Source: a virus. From it: a stretch of 64,000 nt of DNA. Numbering within the stretch: the stretch's first letter is position 1; each line of letters begins with the position of its first letter. Positions 57,607-64,000 of this stretch are shown piece after piece. The stretch lies in the IMG/VR virus record IMGVR_UViG_3300027741_000024, positions 1-64,000 of that record. The stretch is one strand, 5' to 3'. Both the position numbers and the translations under genes were made by a program. The notes under the pieces were generated by a model. It saw only the letters and a list, made by a program, of their open reading frames with translations. It ran no database searches and had not been told where the DNA came from.

Positions 57607-58815
57607 ATGAATGACCAAATGAAACCTGTCAATCAGTGTATAGCCTGTGGTTCGAGTAATTTAAAATTCACTCTTAACTTGGGTGAACAACCATTAGCAA
57701 ATTCTTTTAAGCCGACTAATGAAGTGCAGGATGAATATCCTTTGGCAATTAATCGATGTGAGGATTGCGACCATTTACAATTAACTCATATAGTTAATCC
57801 AGAACTCATCTATAAGAATTATGCTTACGTGAGTGGTACAACTAAAACTTATGTAGAATATATGTCATGGTTTGCTGATTGGACCAGAGAATATACAAAT
57901 TGTTGGCAAGGAGATGTTCTTGATATTGGCTGTAATGATGGAACACAGTTGGATGCATTTGCAAACTTGGGGTTGAATACATTTGGTGTTGATCCTGCCG
58001 AGAATCTATTTGAAACAAGTTCTAAAAAAGGCCATAATGTTGTTTGTGGATTTTGGGATGAGAAAAGTGTTACAGAATTGAAAGACACTAAATTTGATAT
58101 TGTAGTCTCACAAAACGCATTTGCACATATTCCCGATCCACATAAATATTTACAACTCCTTCATCCTCTAATGAAAGAAGGAGGATTATTCTTTATTCAA
58201 ACCAGTCAAGCGGATATGGTATTGAACGGTGAGTTTGATACCATATATCATGAACACATTAGTTTTTATAATATTCAATCAATGAAAAGATTGGCTGAAC
58301 GTTCTGGTTGGAACTTAGTGGATGTTATCAAAACACCTATTCATGGTACCAGTTATGTATTCGTGTTGAGTCCATATCGCAAACGTCCAGAAAACATTGT
58401 TAATCTAGTTGCAATGGAATCAAAACTACAGAGTTCGGCAACATATGATAAGTGGGCTGATGGTGTAACAAAAATTAAAGATGAATTTATAACTGTATGT
58501 GATGAATTTAAATCAAAAGGTTATAAACTAGTTGGCTATGGTGCTGCCGCTAAAGGTATGACTTTATTGAACTATGTGAAAGTAGAATTGGATTTTATTA
58601 TTGACGATAATCCACTGAAACAAAATCAATATACGCCTGGTTTAAATATTCCAATTACTCCTATTTCTAAACTTGATGAAATACAAGAACCAATTTGTTT
58701 TGTTCCATTGGCTTGGAATTTCTTCAATGAGATTGTAAAAAGAATTAAAGACCGTAGAGTTGATAGTCGAGATAGGTACATTACATATTTTCCAAAAGTT
58801 GAGGCTAAAGAATAA
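57607..58815 (+). CDS. NDP-hexose C-methyltransferase (Zn-binding N-domain, class I SAM domain, C-terminal domain)
   Basis: CIACG...LG.QPLAN.F...C..C...QL, DIGCNDG, FD.IYHEH, GYGAAAKG..LLN, D.NPLKQ..Y.PG, LAWNF..EI. Confidence 0.9.
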   Translation: MNDQMKPVNQCIACGSSNLKFTLNLGEQPLANSFKPTNEVQDEYPLAINRCEDCDHLQLTHIVNPELIYKNYAYVSGTTKTYVEYMSWFADWTREYTNCWQGDVLDIGCNDGTQLDAFANLGLNTFGVDPAENLFETSSKKGHNVVCGFWDEKSVTELKDTKFDIVVSQNAFAHIPDPHKYLQLLHPLMKEGGLFFIQTSQADMVLNGEFDTIYHEHISFYNIQSMKRLAERSGWNLVDVIKTPIHGTSYVFVLSPYRKRPENIVNLVAMESKLQSSATYDKWADGVTKIKDEFITVCDEFKSKGYKLVGYGAAAKGMTLLNYVKVELDFIIDDNPLKQNQYTPGLNIPITPISKLDEIQEPICFVPLAWNFFNEIVKRIKDRRVDSRDRYITYFPKVEAKE

Positions 58816-58816
58816 A

Positions 58817-59356
58817 ATGGCAACCAATAACCACTACGTTAATAATGCCGATTTTCTTGCTGCGTTAATTAAATATAAAAGTGATTGTGTAGAAGCAGAG
58901 AAGAATGATAAACCTGAACCAAAAGTACCAAATTATATTGGTGAATGTTTTCTAAAAATTGCTGAACATCTATCCCGCAAACCAAACTTTATCTCATATA
59001 CTTATCGTGATGAGATGATTTCTGATGGTGTAGAGAATTGCATCATGTATTTTCGTAATTTTGATCCAGACAAATCAAAGAACCCATTTGCATACTTTAC
59101 TCAGATAATTTACTACGCTTTCCTTCGTAGAATTATGAAAGAAAAGAAACAATTATATGTAAAGTATAAAGCTACTCAACAGTTTGGGTTACTTGATGAA
59201 GGTGAGATGTTTGAAGATGAAAATGGTAACATGAAACAGTTTGAACTGTATGACAATATTTCCGAATTCATCTTTAATTTTGAAGAGAATAAGAAAAAGA
59301 AAAAGGCAAAGAAGTCGGAAGGGCTTGAATCTTTCTTACAAGATGATGTAGAATAG
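58817..59356 (+). CDS. gp55: Late-transcription sigma factor gp55
   Basis: HYVNN..FL.AL, YIGECF.KIA.HLS.KPNF..Y...DEMI.DG.ENC..Y..NFDP.KS.NPFAYFTQI.YYAFLRRI.KEKKQ. Confidence 0.96.
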   Translation: MATNNHYVNNADFLAALIKYKSDCVEAEKNDKPEPKVPNYIGECFLKIAEHLSRKPNFISYTYRDEMISDGVENCIMYFRNFDPDKSKNPFAYFTQIIYYAFLRRIMKEKKQLYVKYKATQQFGLLDEGEMFEDENGNMKQFELYDNISEFIFNFEENKKKKKAKKSEGLESFLQDDVE

Positions 59357-59379
59357 TAATTTTTGAGATTAATATTATT

Positions 59380-59907
59380 ATGAAATTAGAATTTTGTGCA
59401 GTTTGTGGAATTACTACAGACCTTCAACAGCATCATATTGAACCTGTAATACTTACAGGTATTAGTAGGAAAAAAATAAAGAGGTATGATGGTAATAAGC
59501 CATTAAAAGAATGTGACTCGATGGAAGTTTTTGCTTTTCTATTCGATCAAGGAATAATTTCTGATGATGGTGAATTAACCGTCTGCTCTTTTCACCATAA
59601 TATACTTCATGGTATTGTCAAGTTTCAAAAAGCAAAATTAGGAACTTTAATTAAAGAAGGCCAATTACGAGCAAAGGAGAATGGTGTTACGATAGGACGA
59701 CCTACTAAACTTAATTTTGATATTTATGAGAGAATTGAAACTATGAGAGATGACGGTATGGGTATCAAAGCCATTGCAAGAAAATTACGAATTGGTGTTG
59801 GAACTGTTTATTCTGCAATTGATAAAATAGAAAAAGGTATTATTCAAGATTTACAAAGAAAAAAATTAATAGAAGAAAACCCAGCAACATTTGTTGATTT
59901 AATTTAA
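59380..59907 (+). CDS. HNH-like zinc-binding domain fused to a resolvase-type arm and HTH
   Basis: CAVCG....LQQHHI.P ... LTVC..HH...HG, then IKEG...AK..G...GRP and a GIKAIARKLRIGVGTVY helix-turn-helix. Confidence 0.65.
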   Translation: MKLEFCAVCGITTDLQQHHIEPVILTGISRKKIKRYDGNKPLKECDSMEVFAFLFDQGIISDDGELTVCSFHHNILHGIVKFQKAKLGTLIKEGQLRAKENGVTIGRPTKLNFDIYERIETMRDDGMGIKAIARKLRIGVGTVYSAIDKIEKGIIQDLQRKKLIEENPATFVDLI

Positions 59908-59908
59908 T

Positions 59909-60979
59909 ATGAAAATATGCATACTTGGCGATACTCATTTCGGAATGAGAGGTGACTCTTTAGATTTCCATAAATACGTGGAGAAGTTCTATACGAACGT
60001 ATTTTTCCCTTATCTAAAGGATCACAATGTTACTACCGTTGTACAACTTGGTGATCTTTTCGACCGTAGGAAGTTTATTAACTTCAACTCACTGTATCTG
60101 TGCCGTAAATATTTCTTCGAGAAATTACAAGAATATGGTATACAGTTCATTACACTGTTGGGAAACCATGATGTCGCATTCAAAAACACCTTACAGGTTA
60201 ACTCATCACAATTACTTCTAAACGAGTATGATAACGTTACTGTATGTGATTCTTTTACTACATTTAACTTTGACGGGATTGATGTTGATATCATACCTTG
60301 GATATGTGATGATAATGAAGTTGAAATCCTTGACAAGATAAAACAAAGTAAATCAGAAATCTGTTTTGGTCATTTTGAAATTGATGGATTTAAAATGGAT
60401 GCAGTAAATGTGCATGAAGGTGGACTTAAAAAAGATAAACTATCAAAATACGATATCGTTTTAAGTGGACATTTTCATCACAAGTCAAATGATGGTCACA
60501 TCTTCTACGTTGGTACACCAAATGAAATGACTTGGATTGATTATAATGATCCAAGAGGATTTCATATCTTTGATACTGACACACGTGAAATGGAATTTAT
60601 CAAGAATCCATATCGCATGTTCTTCAAAATAAATTATGATGATTCATTAGAAAACATGGCACAACAATACCGAACATTTGACTACTCTGTGTATGAAGGT
60701 GCATATGTCAAAGTTGTGGTAGTAAACAAAAATAATCCATTTATATTTGATATGGTAATTGATAATCTATACAAAGTAGGTGCTGCTGACATTTCCATCG
60801 TTGAAGATTTTACTGATTTGACTATTGATTCTGACCAAGACTTGATTAACCAAGCGGAAGATACGATGACAATTCTTTCCAAATACATTGATAACTTGAC
60901 ATTGAATGTAGAAAGTGATAAACTTAAAGGTCTTATGCGTGAACTTTATGTTGAAGCACTTAATACCGAAACTGAATGA
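59909..60979 (+). CDS. gp47: Recombination endonuclease subunit gp47 (Mre11/SbcD-like)
   Basis: DTHFG, LGDLFD.R, GNHD, GH.E, SGHFH and Y.G.P metallophosphoesterase motifs. Confidence 0.95.
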   Translation: MKICILGDTHFGMRGDSLDFHKYVEKFYTNVFFPYLKDHNVTTVVQLGDLFDRRKFINFNSLYLCRKYFFEKLQEYGIQFITLLGNHDVAFKNTLQVNSSQLLLNEYDNVTVCDSFTTFNFDGIDVDIIPWICDDNEVEILDKIKQSKSEICFGHFEIDGFKMDAVNVHEGGLKKDKLSKYDIVLSGHFHHKSNDGHIFYVGTPNEMTWIDYNDPRGFHIFDTDTREMEFIKNPYRMFFKINYDDSLENMAQQYRTFDYSVYEGAYVKVVVVNKNNPFIFDMVIDNLYKVGAADISIVEDFTDLTIDSDQDLINQAEDTMTILSKYIDNLTLNVESDKLKGLMRELYVEALNTETE

Positions 60980-62682
60980 TACTATTTAAAACTTTGCGTT
61001 GGAAGAATCTTCTTTCAACTGGTAACTACTTTTCCGAAATACAACTGAATGCCAATACTAATAGTTTGATTATTGGTAAAAATGGTTCTGGTAAATCAAC
61101 CATGTTGGATGCGTTATGCTTTGCTCTATTTGGCAAACCATTTCGTAATGTAAACAAACCTAATCTACTGAACTCAATCAATGGTAAAGATTGTGTAGTT
61201 GAGGTTGAGTTTAGTGTAGGTAATAAACAGTATAAGATAGTTCGTGGTATCAAACCAAATATCTTTGAAATATACCAAGATGGTATTCTAGTCAATCAAG
61301 ATGCTGCATCAAGAGACTATCAAGAATACTTAGAACGATTTATTATCAAACTAAACTATAAATCATTCACTCAGATTGTTATTCTTGGTTCGGCATCATT
61401 TGTGCCATTCATGCAGTTATCGGCATCAGATCGTCGTTCTATTATTGAGGACTTGTTAGACATTCAAATTTTTTCTACTATGAATAGTTTGGTAAAAGAA
61501 AGAATGAGCATCAACAAAGAGAACACTACACTCAAGAAAAGTGAAATAGAATTAATCAAACAACGGTATCAGTTGAAGAAAGAGTATCAAGATAAACTTA
61601 ATGAAGATAAAGACGCAAAGGTAAAAGAATATGAGAGTGAGATACAAAGTTGCAGAGAAACCATACGCACCTTACATAGAGACATTGACGATCTGGAGCG
61701 ACAGAAAGAAGTATATACCGAAGTCTGCAAGAAAATTCCTGAAAATGAAAAAAAGATTACTGCGCTTAAAAAAATTGAATCTAAAATTGAAAGCAAGATA
61801 TCCGAAGTGGGAACAGATAGAAGCTTCTATGAACACAATGCTGATTGCCCAACGTGTAGGCAGGCCATTACCATGGAGTTTAAGCAAGGGCACTTGGGCG
61901 AACTATTATCAAAAGAACAGGAACTTACCACAGGTCTAACAGAACTTCAAACAAAGATATCAGAACATGAAACTTTGTTGGCAACTCTACGCTCAGAAGA
62001 ACAAAAATTACACACTGTAAGAATTGAACTTGCAACAAAACAAACTGGCAAAACAGGACTAGAATCAGTAATTGCAAAACTTGAAAAGCAAATTGCAGAC
62101 TTAAACACCATTCAAGAAGATGCTGATACAAATGAATTGGTGATATTAAAAGAACAGATAACAACAACAGAAAATGATCTAAGAAATTTGATTGAAGAGA
62201 AATCTTATTATGATACTGCGGCATCTTTGCTTCGAGATTCAGGTATCAAGACTAAGATCATCAAGCAATACTTACCAATCATAAACAAGTTAGTCAATAA
62301 GTATCTTGCATCATTAGACTTCTTTGTCAACTTCAACCTTGATGAGTCGTTTAAAGAAACAATTAAGTCTAGACACCGTGATGACTTTAGTTACCATAAC
62401 TTCTCTGAAGGTGAGAAACAACGTATTGATATGGCATTGATGTTGACATGGCGTGCAGTTGCCAAGCTAAAGAACTCATCCAGTACCAATCTGTTAATAC
62501 TTGATGAAGTGTTTGATTCGTCTTTAGATACTACAGGTACAGAAGAATTGATGAAGATACTACATGGTCTTGAAGATGTAAACCTATTTGTTATTAGTCA
62601 CAAGGGTGATATACTTCAAGACAAATTTGCAAATACAATTCGGTTTGATAAGGTAAAGAATTTTTCAAGGATAGTAAAATGA
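60976..62682 (+). CDS. gp46: Recombination ATPase subunit gp46 (Rad50/SbcC-like)
   Basis: GKNGSGKS, CPTC zinc hook, FSEGEKQRID signature, LILDEVFDSSLD, ISHK. Confidence 0.96.
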   Translation: MILFKTLRWKNLLSTGNYFSEIQLNANTNSLIIGKNGSGKSTMLDALCFALFGKPFRNVNKPNLLNSINGKDCVVEVEFSVGNKQYKIVRGIKPNIFEIYQDGILVNQDAASRDYQEYLERFIIKLNYKSFTQIVILGSASFVPFMQLSASDRRSIIEDLLDIQIFSTMNSLVKERMSINKENTTLKKSEIELIKQRYQLKKEYQDKLNEDKDAKVKEYESEIQSCRETIRTLHRDIDDLERQKEVYTEVCKKIPENEKKITALKKIESKIESKISEVGTDRSFYEHNADCPTCRQAITMEFKQGHLGELLSKEQELTTGLTELQTKISEHETLLATLRSEEQKLHTVRIELATKQTGKTGLESVIAKLEKQIADLNTIQEDADTNELVILKEQITTTENDLRNLIEEKSYYDTAASLLRDSGIKTKIIKQYLPIINKLVNKYLASLDFFVNFNLDESFKETIKSRHRDDFSYHNFSEGEKQRIDMALMLTWRAVAKLKNSSSTNLLILDEVFDSSLDTTGTEELMKILHGLEDVNLFVISHKGDILQDKFANTIRFDKVKNFSRIVK

Positions 62683-62846
62683 GTGAATATCAAAGTGGAA
62701 ATAGAATTGCTAAAATTTATCCAAGAACACTTGGTGGATATAGAGTATGGATGTATGATATATTTACTGAGTTTCAAGATGAAAAATATTTTGATAATAA
62801 ATTAGAAGCAGAAACATCTGCAAAAGGATGGTGTAATTATGAGTGA
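62679..62846 (+). CDS. Small hypothetical protein (55 aa, not in the supplied ORF track)
   Basis: Hand translation MSEYQSGNRIAKIYPRTLGGYRVWMYDIFTEFQDEKYFDNKLEAETSAKGWCNYE; ATGA overlap with the gp46 stop and fills the gap to def. Confidence 0.7.
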   Translation: MSEYQSGNRIAKIYPRTLGGYRVWMYDIFTEFQDEKYFDNKLEAETSAKGWCNYE

Positions 62847-63423
62847 GATATTAACGATTGATACCGCAGCAGGCATACAAACAACCGAAAAGATCGATCC
62901 ATTACCACTGTTTGGTGAAGATTATCCAATGTTACTTACTGTAATGCCAGAATATAAAGGTGGATTTCCCAGTCCAAGTATGGTAATGTTGGCAAAGAGA
63001 ATGAAGATGACCATGAAATTATATGGTGGTATTGGACTATCTGCCAATCAATGTGGGGTATCAGAAAGAATGTTTGTTATTGGTACGGACGAATTTCAAA
63101 TGGTTTGTATAAACCCAAAAGTAATAAAGAAATCCGAAACTGCCGTTAAGAACAAGGAAGGTTGTCTTTCTTATCCGGGTTTATTTTTAAGTATTGACAG
63201 ACCAGACTGGATTGATGTAGAATATACAGATGAGTTTGGTAATACTAAAGAAAGTAGACTTGAAGGTGTAAGTGCTCAATGTTTCCTACACGAACTAGAT
63301 CACTTAAACGGTATCAAGTTTGTTACTTATGTCAAACCAATTGCGTTACAGATGGCAAGAAAAAAACAAAAGAAAACCGTAAAAACAATTGTGAGAAAAG
63401 CAAAAAATGGCCAAAATAGATGA
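62839..63423 (+). CDS. def: Peptide deformylase
   Basis: All three PDF motifs: GIGLSANQCG, EGCLS, QCFLHELDHLNG. Confidence 0.95.
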   Translation: MSEILTIDTAAGIQTTEKIDPLPLFGEDYPMLLTVMPEYKGGFPSPSMVMLAKRMKMTMKLYGGIGLSANQCGVSERMFVIGTDEFQMVCINPKVIKKSETAVKNKEGCLSYPGLFLSIDRPDWIDVEYTDEFGNTKESRLEGVSAQCFLHELDHLNGIKFVTYVKPIALQMARKKQKKTVKTIVRKAKNGQNR

Positions 63424-64000
63424 TGTAGAAGTACAATGGACAAAATTTTTAGAAGAAAATCCTTCCGATTCATTGCCTGTTGTTGATGAAAATGCCTTGC
63501 GTGAACGTATGATTAAAGAATTAACATATGTTTCTGCAATGGATGTTAAAGAATATACATTATACCAAAAATGGCATGAAATTCATACTAAATTTCCAAG
63601 CAAAACTATAAATACATTGTTCGATGGAGAAGAAACTTTCCTGGCCGACCCTGTACAGGCAAAATATATTGCTGAAGCTAAAAGTAATATTTGGATTCCT
63701 GAATCTGTAGATGATTACATGGACTTGGAACCAGTGCTTGAATATACGGACGATTCAAGTAAAGGTTCCAAAAAAGGTATCGATGGTTCAGTAGTATCAT
63801 ATAATATTGAACGAAACAAAGAGTTATCTATTCGTTGTAATGCCTTAAAAAGTTTTATTACAAATGGACGTAATAACAGTAACATTGGACGAAATCTTCA
63901 CTTCATAGTAAAAGACAATAAGACAAATAAATATCTTGGTGTAATTACAATTTCATCCGACTTTCTTGACTTGACGCCACGTGATAAATATATTGGTTGG
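63407..64000 (+). CDS. DUF4338/DruA-like protein, partial (runs off the window; not in the ORF track)
   Basis: 198 open codons from ATG 63407 (MAKIDDVEVQWTKF...), ending ...NIGRNLHFIVKDNKTNKYLGVITISSDFLDLTPRDKYIGW, which matches the GR...F.V.D.....LG......L..RD..IGW pattern of DUF4338. Confidence 0.65.
   Translation, partial: MAKIDDVEVQWTKFLEENPSDSLPVVDENALRERMIKELTYVSAMDVKEYTLYQKWHEIHTKFPSKTINTLFDGEETFLADPVQAKYIAEAKSNIWIPESVDDYMDLEPVLEYTDDSSKGSKKGIDGSVVSYNIERNKELSIRCNALKSFITNGRNNSNIGRNLHFIVKDNKTNKYLGVITISSDFLDLTPRDKYIGW

Noticed and set aside
416-62224. The remaining short minus-strand ORFs in the track
   Set aside because: All overlap well-supported + strand genes and show no recognisable motifs.
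1-64000. Stop-codon reassignment
   Set aside because: Core genes are full length in the standard code, and TAA, TAG and TGA all end genes at sensible junctions.
1-64000. tRNA/rRNA genes and a host assignment
   Set aside because: Intergenic gaps are nearly all too short and show no cloverleaf signatures; nothing in the window identifies the host reliably.

Overview
A 64-kb, AT-rich segment of a large T4-like (myovirus) phage genome with every credible gene on the + strand. It holds most of the late virion module: baseplate hub/spike (gp27-like, a gp5 with no lysozyme domain, PAAR), wedge genes gp25-gp6-gp7-gp8, a 2397-aa structural protein, about 18 kb of accessory fibre/adaptor genes, neck and tail-terminator gp13-15, terminase gp16/17 with a Dps gene between them, sheath/tube gp18/19, portal, core, protease, scaffold and capsid gp20-23, and gp3. 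It then passes into recombination/transcription genes (uvsY, uvsW, gp55, gp47, gp46), with a four-gene sugar-modification cassette, an HNH/HTH gene, a peptide deformylase and a partial DUF4338/DruA-like gene. No tRNA, rRNA or CRISPR array was seen. All assignments come from recognised motifs and T4-like synteny; no searches were run and all counts are by hand. Best leads: (1) outward-facing virion proteins are dense in N-x-S/T and [A/G/S]-N motifs while enzymes and internal head proteins are not, and the phage encodes branched deoxy-sugar enzymes plus a candidate glycosyltransferase, which suggests a phage-encoded virion N-glycosylation system; (2) eight consecutive genes carry a C-terminal GG[T/S/Y]F motif and/or an N-terminal IQ(L/I/F)K domain, which suggests a plug-and-socket code for chaining fibres; (3) small beta-domains copied in frame among core virion genes; (4) Dps translationally coupled to the small terminase; (5) a promoter-dependent RBS-occluding hairpin at uvsY.
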